Numbered from the stretch's first letter, positions 17,484-28,796 are shown. The stretch: DNA of 64,000 bases from an uncultured delta proteobacterium (GCA_963850305.1 CAWKKR010000008.1:480001-544000), one strand, 5' to 3'. Numbers and translations: made by a program. The notes: generated by a model not told the origin, from the letters alone.

Positions 17484-19769
17484 TTACTTTCCCGCCATCG
17501 CGATGTGCGTCGAGACTCCGCACTTCACGATCTGCACCACCCCATCGCCCTGCCAGGCGCCCAGCGCGGTGCCGAGTCGGATGAAGCGAGGACCGCACTT
17601 CGTCGTGATCGGTTCGTTGGTCCGACCGGCAAGGAGCCCGTAGATGTAGACGTTCGTGGCGACCGGCGAGTCCACATAGAGAAGCGCTTGCCCCTTTTTC
17701 AGGACGGCGAGGTCGGCGCTTTCCGAGAGTCGTGCGGCCAGGGGCGCCGGCGCGAGCGGGGCCACCGGTGCAGATGCGGGCACAGACGCGGACGGAGCTA
17801 CCGGTGCGGCGACGAGCGCGGGCAACGCTGCCGGTGCGGCCACGGGCCGGGGTGCGGGCGCAGAGGCGACGGGCGGAGGTGAGAGGGTCGTGGCGACGAG
17901 TTGTGACGTCGGCGCGGCGCCATCCGAATGCCGGGAAGGCAAGACCGTCGCAGCGACGGCACCCGCCGCCACGAACGCGGCGACTGCCCAGATGATGGGT
18001 GAAACCTTGCGCGTCGGGACGCGCAGCTCTTCGGGGGCGTCTGTCGTGCGCTTTTCCGGCGAGAATTCCTGATAAGTCTGCACGGGCGAGGGCAGCGGCT
18101 CGCCCGACTCGGGACGAAGCGTATCTGCGTAGCCAGGGTTCTCCCCCGACATCGACACGGATTCGACTACCTGAGTAGTCGCTCCCGCAGGGGCGGGCAT
18201 CTCGCGTGAGAGCGCTCGGCCGGACACGGATGCGACATCCGCGATGGGGATGCTCACTGCAGGAAGACTCACCGCCTCATCCATGAGATCGAACCCGAGC
18301 AACGCGGGCGTGATCTCGGACGCGTCGATGGCGGGTGCGGCGACGTCGTCTTCGGGAGGTTCGACGGGAGGGGGTGCCTCGGTGCGCAGCGCCTCTGCGA
18401 GTGAGGGAACCGGCGACGCCCGCGGCGGCTCGCCGCGACTTTCCATTGCGTTCATCTCAACCACGGCGTCACCGTCGATACTGAGCGGCTCCGACCCGAC
18501 GGGCTCCTCATCCGGAATCGTCTCGTTCAGAACGGATGCAAGCATCTCCTCGACGGACGACTGCGGCTCGCGCGGGCGGATCTCGACGTCCCCGGGAAGC
18601 GCGATGGCCGCGAGATTCGTGGCGGACGTGGCGCGCTGACTGGGTCTCGAGTCTCGAGGCGGGGCCTCCGAGCCCATTGTGGGCCGGAGCGAGGGAGCGC
18701 GCGGACATGCCTCCGCCCAATGCTCGAGATCGCCACCGACGATCTGGACGCCAAAGCCCGCGGGGACCGGCTCCTTGCGCGTCGTGCCGAACTCCCGGCG
18801 CCAGACGACTTTGCAGTCGAGCTGGACCTTCGCGTCACCGCCGGGCGGCGTCACCTCCACACCCACGGTATCGCCTGCGGGAACCACCAGCGTGCGCACG
18901 AACAATCCGAGCGAACTCACGTTGTACGAGTATCCGATGTCTTCGGCACCATTCGCGCCCCAGCGCAACTTGAGGATCGTCCCGTACAACGAGCGGGCGT
19001 CCGCGCGTCCGTCGGCGTCCTTTTGCTCGAGCAAGCGGTTCGTCTCGAAGAGCACGTCGTCGGGTGGGCCGTAAGCGCTCACGACCGCCACGCAATCGTT
19101 CATTCCAAACTTCGCGCGCAACTCGTCGAGTTGTTCGGGACGCGCCCGCACAATCCAGGCGCAACGGGCTCCCTTGCTGCGAACCTGCCCGATCAGCGCC
19201 GGCACGTCGTCGAGCGACGCATCGACGACCGCGACCTTCAGCGACGGTCGTCCGGCCTGAAGGCGCGTCGAGAAACCGTCGACCGCAACCTCGACGCGAA
19301 ACCCGGCGTCGCGAAGTACCCGTTCCACCACTTCGGCACGCGTGCGGTCCGCGTCGGCGACGACTGCATCGCCTCGCGAGTTCCCAGGCTGCGGTATGCT
19401 CGGCTTCGGCAAGGCGCGCAAGCGTGCCGCCAGCCACTCCGTATGCTGCACGGGAAGCACTTCGTCGGCTCCCGCGCGGTAAGCTCGCGCGAAGGCCCCA
19501 TCCTCCTCACCCTCCACGAGGGCGACGACGGGGACGCGCACGCGCAGGAGTTTTCCTCGCGCACGCATGCACGCGAGCGCCGCACCGGGTGTCCCGAGAT
19601 GCACGACGAACGCATCGAAGCGTTTGCCCGTGAGCTTGCTGATCGCCGTCTCGGCGGATGACTCCACGAGGCCAACGAATCCAGCGGCGGAGCACGCCGC
19701 TTCGAGCCGCGCGCGCTCGTCGTCGTCCACCTCTGCGAGAATCAGAACGGTGGCCTGCTGGGCCATCAC
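17484..19769 (-). CDS. Receiver-like x2 / PilZ-domain membrane protein
   Basis: Two degenerate REC-like segments, PilZ motifs RADAR and NVSSLG...CKVVWRR, long Pro/acidic linker, one TM, Cys-containing C-terminal domain. Confidence 0.7.
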   Translation of the reverse strand: MMAQQATVLILAEVDDDERARLEAACSAAGFVGLVESSAETAISKLTGKRFDAFVVHLGTPGAALACMRARGKLLRVRVPVVALVEGEEDGAFARAYRAGADEVLPVQHTEWLAARLRALPKPSIPQPGNSRGDAVVADADRTRAEVVERVLRDAGFRVEVAVDGFSTRLQAGRPSLKVAVVDASLDDVPALIGQVRSKGARCAWIVRARPEQLDELRAKFGMNDCVAVVSAYGPPDDVLFETNRLLEQKDADGRADARSLYGTILKLRWGANGAEDIGYSYNVSSLGLFVRTLVVPAGDTVGVEVTPPGGDAKVQLDCKVVWRREFGTTRKEPVPAGFGVQIVGGDLEHWAEACPRAPSLRPTMGSEAPPRDSRPSQRATSATNLAAIALPGDVEIRPREPQSSVEEMLASVLNETIPDEEPVGSEPLSIDGDAVVEMNAMESRGEPPRASPVPSLAEALRTEAPPPVEPPEDDVAAPAIDASEITPALLGFDLMDEAVSLPAVSIPIADVASVSGRALSREMPAPAGATTQVVESVSMSGENPGYADTLRPESGEPLPSPVQTYQEFSPEKRTTDAPEELRVPTRKVSPIIWAVAAFVAAGAVAATVLPSRHSDGAAPTSQLVATTLSPPPVASAPAPRPVAAPAALPALVAAPVAPSASVPASAPVAPLAPAPLAARLSESADLAVLKKGQALLYVDSPVATNVYIYGLLAGRTNEPITTKCGPRFIRLGTALGAWQGDGVVQIVKCGVSTHIAMAGK

Positions 19770-19871
19770 GCCGACGCTAGCGCGCTTTTTGCCCTCGTGG
19801 GCCAGGATCGTCTCCCCAGCGCTTCTCGAACGGCCGGGCAGCCCCCCGGGCGTGAGCGAATCTCGCCGGGC

Positions 19872-19920
19872 CTCGGGCCTCAGTGCTCAGTGCTCAGGAC
19901 TCAGTACTCAGTACTCAGTA
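19872..19920. repeat. 7-bp tandem repeat: six CTCAGtr units plus one degenerate unit
   Basis: ctcgggc ctcagtg ctcagtg ctcagga ctcagta ctcagta ctcagta; the last unit contains the LysM gene stop. Confidence 0.9.
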
Positions 19921-21333
19921 CCCCTTGCGCGCGATGGCGCGGTCGCCCGGTTCAATCTCGACTTTGGACGCCGTCACCAGAGTCACAGAGCTGTATTCGT
20001 CAGCACGGAGGACGCGGAGTTCACCGGTAACCTCTTCGGGGAAATCCTTGGCCTTCCCGACGAGCGGAGTCACGACCGTCTTGACGTGCTCGGGCACGTC
20101 GGTGCGCACCTGCGTGCGCGCCATGATGGTCGTCGTCTCCAGGGTGCGGCGCCAGCTGTCTCCTCGCCGAACTAGCTGCAGGCGATTCCCGGCCACGAGC
20201 CCGTCCCTCGCGCCTCGATCGATGAACGCGATCTGGTTTTGCCCGAGGATCTCGTGCGGATAGATGCTCGTCAGCACGCGCGCCTCGACGTCCACGTCGT
20301 CGCGGCGTGGAGCGATCACGTCGAAACGACGTCCAACGGGTCCCACCTTGTCGCCGCGCTCCACGACGTCGAGCGACTCGATCAATCGTCCGCGCGCGAT
20401 GCGCGTCTTCGGATTCCAATCGTCGATCTTGACCGTCCCCTTGAACGCGATGATGTCGCCGGGCGGACGGCGCGCCCCCGGGATCTCTGCCGGTGTTCGC
20501 ACGGAGTGAAATACCGTGAGAAGCTCGCCGAGCCGGAGATCCGCTCCCGGCCGCATGATCATGTAGACGTTGTTGCCCTGCGTGAGGAGCATCTGCTCCT
20601 CTTCGGCGCCGACGAGCTCCCCCCAGACGTCCTTGTTCGGATCATCGATGTAGCCGACATCGCGCAAGAACACGGTGTCCGACGAGACGAGCGGTCGGCG
20701 ATTGAGGAAGCCCCCCGCTCGAGGACGCGCCCCCGACCCGGCACCGGGGGAGGCGCCGATGACAATTGAATCGCGCGGCGCCTCGCTGGTTGCATCCATC
20801 CGAAGCCGCACCTGGTCGCCTGGATAGATCCAGTGAGGGTTCTGAATCTGGGGGTTATAGCTCCAGATCGTCGGCCACAGCCAAGGGTTCTGGAAATAGC
20901 CGTTGCAGAGATCCCAGAGCGTATCGCCACGCTGTACTTGGTGCGTGCTCGGAACGCCGGAGCCGTTCTTCTTCAGGATCGCGGGACCGTTGTCGGTGCC
21001 GTGGACGGTCCCGCCCTCGCCGGCGGATGGCAGCAGATCGAACCCGTCCGACGAGGACGATGCGTCCGTCGTGGCGCGAGAGTCCGACGGCAAATGCGAG
21101 TCGGGGTTGAAGCCCGGCGAGGGCAGCCCGAAGACGCTGTACGTGGTCGTCTGCGTCGGTCCGGTGGCGTTCGTGGGACCCTGACCGCTCGGTCCCCCCG
21201 CGCCATCTCCGGACGGCGCTGCCGGCCCGGGTGACGACGCGCCCTGGTCGCCGATCGTTTGCGCAGACGCCGCAGCCGTCAGCAGCGTCGCGCCGAGCGC
21301 GAGCAAAAGCGTACCCTTCCCACGAACGGTCAT
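19915..21333 (-). CDS. Secreted LysM peptidoglycan-binding protein
   Basis: Signal peptide (ASA-Q) and HQVQRGDTLWDL...NPQIQNPHWIYPGD. Confidence 0.9.
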   Translation of the reverse strand: MTVRGKGTLLLALGATLLTAAASAQTIGDQGASSPGPAAPSGDGAGGPSGQGPTNATGPTQTTTYSVFGLPSPGFNPDSHLPSDSRATTDASSSSDGFDLLPSAGEGGTVHGTDNGPAILKKNGSGVPSTHQVQRGDTLWDLCNGYFQNPWLWPTIWSYNPQIQNPHWIYPGDQVRLRMDATSEAPRDSIVIGASPGAGSGARPRAGGFLNRRPLVSSDTVFLRDVGYIDDPNKDVWGELVGAEEEQMLLTQGNNVYMIMRPGADLRLGELLTVFHSVRTPAEIPGARRPPGDIIAFKGTVKIDDWNPKTRIARGRLIESLDVVERGDKVGPVGRRFDVIAPRRDDVDVEARVLTSIYPHEILGQNQIAFIDRGARDGLVAGNRLQLVRRGDSWRRTLETTTIMARTQVRTDVPEHVKTVVTPLVGKAKDFPEEVTGELRVLRADEYSSVTLVTASKVEIEPGDRAIARKGY

Positions 21334-21335
21334 GC

Positions 21336-21803
21336 TCAGGACCCGTGTGATTCCTTATCGAGATCGGCCACAGGAGTGGTCGGACCGTCGCGGAGCGTTG
21401 ATTCCCCGTCGGTGTCACCAACCTTGATCACTCGGTCCCCTGTACCCCGGATAACGGGTCGGGGCGCGGTCGAATCCGGCGAATTCGCCGGAGCCGGGTC
21501 TGCGGGGGCGGTCGAATCCTGCTGTTCGTCCGGCTGGAGGTGAATCACCTTCAGCCGGGGGCGCTCCACCCGATCCGCGTTCGAAGCAGCCGTCGGTTCG
21601 TGGGCCACCGAGGCGCCGAGCTCCAGCGCGGCGACGCGCTCTTCCATTCGATCCTGATCGCCGCGGAGCGTCGTGAGCTCCATCTGCAAACCCGACACTT
21701 CCTTTTTGAGGCGATCGCTTCCGCCACAACCGACGAGCGCCAAAGAGGCGAGCAGAGTCGCGGCGATGACCCCGGATCTGGCGAAAATGAGGGTTTGGTC
21801 CAT
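21336..21803 (-). CDS. Coiled-coil lipoprotein (resembles the CpoB/YbgF N-terminus)
   Basis: Lipobox LVGC followed by a coiled coil. Family call is tentative. Confidence 0.6.
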   Translation of the reverse strand: MDQTLIFARSGVIAATLLASLALVGCGGSDRLKKEVSGLQMELTTLRGDQDRMEERVAALELGASVAHEPTAASNADRVERPRLKVIHLQPDEQQDSTAPADPAPANSPDSTAPRPVIRGTGDRVIKVGDTDGESTLRDGPTTPVADLDKESHGS

Positions 21804-21918
21804 CTCGCGCACATCGTACGGCGCGGAGAGGCTAGGGGCCAAATTGTGGTGACCCCGGCTGGTGCGCATTTGTCCGCAAGTGGACGGAACGGGCCTTCGT
21901 CGCTACGCTTGGGCTGAA

Positions 21919-22761
21919 GTGACGCGAGAACCGAGGCGCCGCAGGGGCAGGGCTCAGATCCGTCGGGTGGACCTGCGGAAGATGCTGTTCGTCCTTCCGA
22001 ACCTCATCACACTCGCGAGTGTTTTTTGCGGATTCAATGCGGTCTGCGTGGTGGCGCAGGACAACCCCTCGGTCGACGACTTCTACCGCGCCGCCGTCCT
22101 CCTTCTATGTGCGATGCTATTCGACTTGATGGACGGCAGGGTGGCCCGCATGACGCGCACGCAGAGCGCCTTCGGTCTGCAGCTCGATTCGCTCGCCGAC
22201 ATCATCTCGTTCGGCGTCGCGCCTGCGGTGCTCGTCTATAAGTGGGTGCTCCACCGGTACCCAGTTCCTGGCATCCTGACGGCGTTCTTGTTCACCGCGT
22301 GCGGTGCCATGCGGCTCGCGCGCTTCAACGTCCTCGCCAGCACGGACAGCGGAGCCCAGGCGAAGCCGGGGAAATATCTCGTCGGGCTTCCGATCCCGCC
22401 GGCGTCCGGAATCCTGATATCGCTTCTGGTCGCAAACCACGCCGTGGGCGGCGCCCTCGGCGCCCAGCGTTACACGTTGGCGCTATTCGCCGTCACCGTG
22501 GCGCTATCGCTCCTGATGGTCTCGAACATCAAGTTCCGTTCTTTCAAGGATCTCGAGTTCAATTTCGGGACGGCCTTCCTGGTCCTGTTCGCCATCGCGT
22601 CGAGCGCCATCGTGTGGCAGCTCACGCGTCCGCCGTTCGTGCTCCTCTGGCTCATCACCTTCTATGTGTCGATCGGCCTGATCGACGCCGTACGAAGCCT
22701 CGCGGCGCGGGCACGGGGTGTGGAACGGCGGAGCATCCACGATCACATCGCGGGGAGCTGA
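21919..22761 (+). CDS. pssA: CDP-diacylglycerol--serine O-phosphatidyltransferase
   Basis: LPNLIT, DGRVARMT..SAFGLQLDSLADIISFGVAP, RLARFN, GLPIP, LMVS. Start approximate. Confidence 0.9.
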   Translation: MTREPRRRRGRAQIRRVDLRKMLFVLPNLITLASVFCGFNAVCVVAQDNPSVDDFYRAAVLLLCAMLFDLMDGRVARMTRTQSAFGLQLDSLADIISFGVAPAVLVYKWVLHRYPVPGILTAFLFTACGAMRLARFNVLASTDSGAQAKPGKYLVGLPIPPASGILISLLVANHAVGGALGAQRYTLALFAVTVALSLLMVSNIKFRSFKDLEFNFGTAFLVLFAIASSAIVWQLTRPPFVLLWLITFYVSIGLIDAVRSLAARARGVERRSIHDHIAGS

Positions 22762-22792
22762 TGCGGCCGGACGTGCTAGACGTCCCCGGAAC

Positions 22793-24763
22793 GTGTCGCT
22801 CCTCGAAGTAGGCAACCTCCGCTTCGGCTACGCCGGCGACGCCCTGTTCGACGGGGTGACGTTTCGACTGAACGCGGGCGAGCGCGCCGGTCTCGTCGCA
22901 CCCAACGGGGCTGGGAAGAGCACCCTCCTCCGCCTCATCGCGGGTGAGCTCTCGCCGGACCGCGGGATGGTGACGATAGAGAAGAATCGAGCGTTCGGCT
23001 TTTACCGGCAGAGCCACGAAGTCGGGCATTCGGGCACCGTCCTGGACGTGCTCCTTTCGGGCTTCACGGAGGCCGTCGCGCTCCGACGCGAGCTCCAGGA
23101 AGCGGAAGCCGCGGCCAGCAGCGGCGCGAAAGCGGATCTCGACCGGCTCGCATCCGTCATCAATCGGCATCAGGCGCTCGGAGCCGACGCGCTCGAACAC
23201 CGTGTCGCGTCCATCGCGTCGCAGCTCGGGTTCCCCGACGCGTCCCTCCATCGCCCGGTAGCGAGCCTTTCAGGGGGCGAGCGGGGGCGTCTGGCGCTCG
23301 GAGCGGTCCTCGCGCGGGAGCCGGACCTGTTGCTCCTGGACGAACCGACCAACCATCTCGATCTGGGCACGATCGACTGGCTTGCAACTGTCGTACGAGG
23401 GATGAAGGCGGCCGTGCTGGTCGTCTCGCACGATCGCGCTTTTCTGGACGCCGTGTGTCCGATGACGCTCGAGCTCGGCCGGACACGCTTTCGCGCCTAT
23501 CCGGTCTCGTTCACGGAGTACCAGCGAGCTCGCGCGGAAGATCTGGCGCGAGAAGCCAGGTCCGCAGAAGAACAAGCTGCGTTCGTCGAGAAGACCGAGG
23601 ACTTCATCCGCCGAAACATCGCCGGCCAGAAGACGAAGCAGGCGCAATCGCGAAGGCGCATGCTCGAAAAGCTCGACCGCGTGAAGGGCCCGGAAGACGT
23701 GTGGGCACGAGCGGGTCGTGTCCGGTTTCGGTTCGCCGAAGCGCCGCGTAGCGGCGACATCGTCATCGAGGCAAAGGGGCTCTCCGCGACGCGAGGTGGC
23801 CGTGAGCTTTTCCGGAGCGTGGACCTCCTCGTGCGACGCGGGGCGAAGATCGGCATCGTCGGGCCGAATGGTTCCGGCAAGACAACCCTCCTGAGGCGAC
23901 TCGCGGCCAGCGCCGAAAGTGAGGACGAGGGGACGGTCCGTCGCGGAACCAATCTCCGCGAAGGCTATTTCGATCAACACCTGGGCTCCCTCGATCCCAA
24001 GCTCTCGGCGATCGACGAGATCCGCCGGGTTCGCGGCGACATGACGGTCGAGGCCGTCCGCGAGTACCTCGCGCGCTTCCGCTTCCATGGCGATGACCCG
24101 TTCCGGAGCGTGGCGAGCCTTTCGGGGGGTGAGCAAAGCCGCCTGGCGCTCGCGAAGCTCCTGCTCGAGCCTCGGAATGTACTATTTTTGGACGAACCGA
24201 CGAACCATCTCGACATCTTCGCGGCCGAAATCCTAGAAGAAGCCATCTCCGATTTCGAAGGCGCTGTAGTGCTCGTCTCTCACGACCGGCGTTTCCTGGA
24301 AAACGTGACCACACGCATGGTCGCTTTCACGGCCGCCGGCGTGGAGACGTTCGAGGCCGGCTTCTCCGATTACGAGGCGACGCTCCGTCGCGGAGCGTCG
24401 AAGCGGACCGCCCCGCCGACCGCCGCGGCGCCTAGAACGAACCTCGCCCCGGCGAAGCCGACGGCCAGCGGGGAGCGGGGAGCCGACCGGCACAAGGCGC
24501 GGCAAACCGCTCTGCGCGATCTCGAGAGGAAGCGACGCCTGACGGAAAAGCTGGAAAGTGACATCCAGACCGGCGAGGCACGGCTCCGGGAACTCCGCGA
24601 GCAACTGAAGACCTCTCCCGGGTCCGCCTGGGAAAAGCTCCACGAATTGTCCCGCGAAGAGCAGGCGCTCGCGAAGCGGATCGACGGGCTGGTGAAGGAC
24701 TGGGAACGCATCTCGGAAGAGCTCGCGTCCGTCGAGCCCCAAGCCACCGAGGCTGGCTCGTGA
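22793..24763 (+). CDS. ABC-F family ATP-binding protein
   Basis: Two ABC cassettes (NGAGKST/LSGGE/LLDEPTNHLD and GPNGSGKTT/LSGGE/DEPTNHLD), no TM segments, C-terminal coiled coil. Confidence 0.93.
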   Translation: MSLLEVGNLRFGYAGDALFDGVTFRLNAGERAGLVAPNGAGKSTLLRLIAGELSPDRGMVTIEKNRAFGFYRQSHEVGHSGTVLDVLLSGFTEAVALRRELQEAEAAASSGAKADLDRLASVINRHQALGADALEHRVASIASQLGFPDASLHRPVASLSGGERGRLALGAVLAREPDLLLLDEPTNHLDLGTIDWLATVVRGMKAAVLVVSHDRAFLDAVCPMTLELGRTRFRAYPVSFTEYQRARAEDLAREARSAEEQAAFVEKTEDFIRRNIAGQKTKQAQSRRRMLEKLDRVKGPEDVWARAGRVRFRFAEAPRSGDIVIEAKGLSATRGGRELFRSVDLLVRRGAKIGIVGPNGSGKTTLLRRLAASAESEDEGTVRRGTNLREGYFDQHLGSLDPKLSAIDEIRRVRGDMTVEAVREYLARFRFHGDDPFRSVASLSGGEQSRLALAKLLLEPRNVLFLDEPTNHLDIFAAEILEEAISDFEGAVVLVSHDRRFLENVTTRMVAFTAAGVETFEAGFSDYEATLRRGASKRTAPPTAAAPRTNLAPAKPTASGERGADRHKARQTALRDLERKRRLTEKLESDIQTGEARLRELREQLKTSPGSAWEKLHELSREEQALAKRIDGLVKDWERISEELASVEPQATEAGS

Positions 24764-25503
24764 AGGTCGGTCGCACATGGCTCGTGGGGTCGCTGTTCGT
24801 GCTTGCGACGCAGACGTCGTGTCACCGGAGAATCACGGGCGGAAAACAGGCGTCCGCCGCTGGCTCTTCCGGGGAGCCGGCGCTTCCGCCCCTGGTATTC
24901 AAGGACGACACGCCGAATGCCCTCCTCACCTGGATCGATCCGCAGGGTGACTTTCACGTGGTCGAGCACGCTGCGGATGTCCCGGAGGCCTCGCGAGAGG
25001 CCGTGCGCGTCGTGCTGGCGGATCGCTCGGATGGCACCGGTGAAACCATTTATGTCGCGGACCTGCGCGCGAAACAGACGGACGGGTCGTACTCCGTGCG
25101 GCCGATGTCCCGGGCCGCATGGGACGAGCTCGGGGCGAGCAAACGCAAGGCGCGCCTCGAGGCCCTGGCCCCGAAGGCGACGCCTCCCGCCGCAAGCGGC
25201 ATCCCCGCGCCGAGTTCTTCCTCGGGCCTAAAGCGCGAGGTGACCGCGACCATCTACGGCGCTTCCTGGTGCGGCCCGTGTCACCAGGCGGAGGCGTTCC
25301 TGAAGTCACTCGGGGTCAAGGTGACCAAGAAGGACATCGAGGCGAGCGACGACAACGAGCGCGAAATGCAGGAGGTCCTGCGCCGCGCTCACCGGCGCGG
25401 CGGCTCGATCCCGGTCATCGACATCATGGGGCAGATCTTCGTGGGCTTCAGCGACTCGGCGCTCCGCGCGGCCGTCGAGCAGGCGCGTACCGCGACGCTA
25501 TAG
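24760..25503 (+). CDS. Exported glutaredoxin-domain protein
   Basis: N-terminal signal/lipoprotein-like segment; YGASWCGPC...SIPVI...GF. Confidence 0.8.
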   Translation: MKVGRTWLVGSLFVLATQTSCHRRITGGKQASAAGSSGEPALPPLVFKDDTPNALLTWIDPQGDFHVVEHAADVPEASREAVRVVLADRSDGTGETIYVADLRAKQTDGSYSVRPMSRAAWDELGASKRKARLEALAPKATPPAASGIPAPSSSSGLKREVTATIYGASWCGPCHQAEAFLKSLGVKVTKKDIEASDDNEREMQEVLRRAHRRGGSIPVIDIMGQIFVGFSDSALRAAVEQARTATL

Positions 25504-26877
25504 CTCTTTTTGCCACGCCTCGGCGACGGCGCGTGCCACCGCGGCATGCATTCCGAGGTCGAACATGTCCGGCAGGAGCTCGCCGGGTTTCGCCGCGCTT
25601 GCGACGGCATTGGCGGCAGCGAGTCGCATCGACGTCGTGAAGCGGGTTGCCCGGGCATCGAGCGCGCCGCGGAAGAGCCCCGGATACGCGAGGGCGTTGT
25701 TCATCGAGCGGCCGTCGAGCGCGATGGCCGCGCCCGCTTCGTGCGCCTCCTCGACAGTGATCTCCGAGACGGGATTCGCGAGCGCGAAGACGATCGGATC
25801 CCTTGCCATCGACCGGACCATTTCCTTCGATACCTGATTCGCCGAGGACACGCCGACGAAGAGATCCCGCCCCCTCATGACCTCCGCCAACCCGCCTCTG
25901 AGGTTGTCGCGATTCGTCAGTTCCGCCATCTCGCGCTTCACGTCGGTCATGTGCTCGGTACGGCCTCGGTGAACCGCACCCGCGCGATCGACGAGCACCA
26001 CGTCCGAGACCCCGTATCCGACGAGCGTCCGCGCGATCGCGATACCACTTGCACCGCAACCCAGAATGATCGCCCGTGTCTCCTCGGGTTTCCGCCCGAC
26101 CCTGCGGAGCGAGTTGATGAGCCCCGCGAGCACGACCGTCGCCGTACCCCACTGGTCGTCGTGGAGCACCGGCTTCCCGAGCCGCGCCTGGAGTTTCTGC
26201 TCGACCTCGAAGCACACCGGAGCGGCGATGTCCTCGAGTTGGATCGCACCGAAGCTCAGATGAATCCGCTCGACGACGTCGATGAGCGTCGCTGGATCCT
26301 TGGCATCGATGAGCACCGGTTCCGCACTCAGCTGCGCGAATCTGCGGAAGATGGCGGCTTTGCCTTCCATCACGGGCAGTCCCGCGAGCGGTCCGATGTC
26401 ACCGAGCCCGAGAATCGCCGTACCGTTCGTCACGATGGCCACCTTGTTGCCGATATGCGTGTAGTCGTACGCGCGTTTCGGCGACGCATGGATGAGCTCG
26501 CAGGCAACCGCGACGCCGGGCGTGTACACGCGCCGCAAGTCCGCGATGCTCTCGAGCGGAACCCGAAGCTGCGTCTCCACCACGCCGCCTTTCCGGATCT
26601 CGAGCACGTCGTGCAACACGTCGAGGAGTTCCACACCGTCCAGAGTGCGGACGCGTCCAGATAGCGCCTCGATCTCCGCGTCGCCCCGAAAGTAGAGCGT
26701 GATGTCGCGGACGCTCCCCGCCCCCGGCTCGACGCGTACCGCCCGGACGTCGCCCACGGGCGCGCCGGCTTCGGCCGCGATCGCGAGGATATTCACGAGC
26801 GATCCGGACCCCTCGCCCGCGCGCACCCGGAAGGTACGGGCTTGAAAGCCTGGATACATTTCGCCTGAAGTCGACAT
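25498..26877 (-). CDS. NAD(P)-dependent malic enzyme with N-terminal ACT-like domain
   Basis: [50 protein letters not shown]. Confidence 0.92.
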   Translation of the reverse strand: MSTSGEMYPGFQARTFRVRAGEGSGSLVNILAIAAEAGAPVGDVRAVRVEPGAGSVRDITLYFRGDAEIEALSGRVRTLDGVELLDVLHDVLEIRKGGVVETQLRVPLESIADLRRVYTPGVAVACELIHASPKRAYDYTHIGNKVAIVTNGTAILGLGDIGPLAGLPVMEGKAAIFRRFAQLSAEPVLIDAKDPATLIDVVERIHLSFGAIQLEDIAAPVCFEVEQKLQARLGKPVLHDDQWGTATVVLAGLINSLRRVGRKPEETRAIILGCGASGIAIARTLVGYGVSDVVLVDRAGAVHRGRTEHMTDVKREMAELTNRDNLRGGLAEVMRGRDLFVGVSSANQVSKEMVRSMARDPIVFALANPVSEITVEEAHEAGAAIALDGRSMNNALAYPGLFRGALDARATRFTTSMRLAAANAVASAAKPGELLPDMFDLGMHAAVARAVAEAWQKEL

Positions 26878-26916
26878 GATCGCGGAGTTTATCCCTTTAT
26901 TTGCGTTCGCACTACC

Positions 26917-28247
26917 ATGGGACCCGTGCGGGAGTACAACTTCGACGGCCTCGTTGGACTCACGCACAACTACGCGGGGCTCAGTCGAGGCAACCTCGCG
27001 AGCGAGCGCCACCAAGGCCGCATCGCGAACCCGAGGGCTGCGGCGCTTCAGGGTCTTTCGAAGGCTCGCCTGTTGTGGCGACTCGGCGTGGGACAAGCCG
27101 TGTTGCCTCCCGCGGCGCGTCCCGACATCGACGCGCTGCGGCGCCTGGGCCACGCGGGGACGGACGCGCAGGTACTCGAACGCGCCGCGCGCGGCGACGG
27201 GCATCTGCTCCGACTCGCGAGCAGCGCTTCGTCGATGTGGACCGCCAACGCCGCGACCGTGGCCCCTTCCCAGGACACCGAGGACGGGCGCCTGCATTTC
27301 ACGATCGCCAACCTGTCGTCGATGTTCCACAGAAGCCTGGAAGCCCCGCACACGCTAGCGACGTTCCGCGCGGTCTTCGCCGACCAACGGCGCTTCGCGG
27401 TTCACGAATCGCTCCCCGCCGGCGCGCACTTTGCCGACGAGGGCGCCGCTAATCACTCGCGGCTCGCAACGGATGCGGGAGTCGTACACCTGTTCGCGTG
27501 GGGTCGCTCGGGGTTCGATCCGAACCCGGACCGGAGCTTCTTTCCACGACGACAGACGCGCGAAGCGAGCGCCGCGGTGGCGCGCCGCAACGCGCTTCCG
27601 GAAGCCATGGTGCTCGCCTGGCAACAGGACGGTTACGGGATCGATCAGGGCGCGTTCCACACCGATGTGCTCGCCGTCGCGAACGAGGGCTTTCTCATGC
27701 TCCACGAGCATGCGTTCGCGCATCATCGCGACTTCATCGCCGAGCTCAGGAGGCGACTCGGGGAGTCGCTTCACGTCGTCCTCGCGCAGGAGTCGGAACT
27801 CCCGGCGCGCGAGGCCGTCGGGAGCTACCCTTTCAATTCGCAGATCGTCACCTTGCCGGGCGGCAAGATGGCGATCATCGCGCCCATCGAGGCGTTCGAA
27901 AACACCGACGCTCGCGCCTTTCTCGAACGCGTCGTCGCCGACGACAACCCCGTCGAGACCATCCACTACGTCGACGTGAACGCTTCCATGAACAACGGCG
28001 GCGGCCCGGCATGTTTGCGCCTCCGGGTCGCCATGAGCGACGAGGAGCGCGCGGCGGTGCGGGCGAACGTCTTTTTCGACGAATCGCTCGGGGATCGGCT
28101 CGCCGCATGGATCGAAAAGCACTACCGAGATCGAATGGCGGCGGAAGATCTTGCCGACCCGAAGCTCCTCGTCGAGGTCCGCAGCGCCCTCGACGAGCTC
28201 ACGGGGGTCCTCCGCTTGGGTTCGATTTACGATTTCAGAAACCCTGA
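26917..28247 (+). CDS. astB: N-succinylarginine dihydrolase; 3' end frameshifted or read-through in this sequence
   Basis: EYNFDGLVGLTHNYAGLS, SASSMWTANAAT, DEGAANH, SMNNGGGPACLRLRV. The family C-terminus (GSIYDF) is reached at about 28236, but the nearest TGA (28245-28247) is out of frame; the in-frame ORF runs to 28899. Confidence 0.88.
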
Positions 28248-28671
28248 GCCGCGCCTCGTTGCTTTCCGCGACGAATCCAAGCTTGCCGGACTCCGGATAC
28301 TCGGCAACCTCGGGCGCGAGCGCCGTGCTCACCGCGAGGTATTTCAGATCCGACCGCGACGTGTTCAGGATCTGATGCGCCGTCTCCCGCCCGCCCGACG
28401 GGCACGAAATCGCGTCGCCCGGGCGGATGGGATAACGCCCGTCGCCGATCCTCACCTCCCCCTCCCCCTCCAGCACGAAGAACATCTCTTCGTTCACGCG
28501 ATGGTTGTGAAACGGGAACGCGCGCTTTCCGGGGGGCAGAACCACCAGGTTATACCCGAGCTGGCGGGCGCCGAGACTCTCGCCCATCGCATAGATCCTC
28601 GCTTCGCCTCGCACCTCGCGCCCCCAGAGGCCGCACGCCATCTCGTCGACGTTCACGATGGGTCGATTCAT
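28237..28671 (-). CDS. Cupin-domain protein; 3' end/stop missing in this sequence
   Basis: LPPGKRAFPFHNHRVNEEMFFVLEGEG...PGD...AHQILN...AEYPESGK. The ORF reads through antisense to astB as far as 27355. Confidence 0.8.
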
Positions 28672-28796
28672 GAGAGGGAATCTAGGGCCCGCACCGGCGC
28701 TCGGTATCCCCGCACGAACCACGCGTCCGTTAGGAGCTCACCCCCGAGATCGCCCGGGTCGACCCGGCCGGGCGCTGGGTCTAAGGTACCCGCCCG

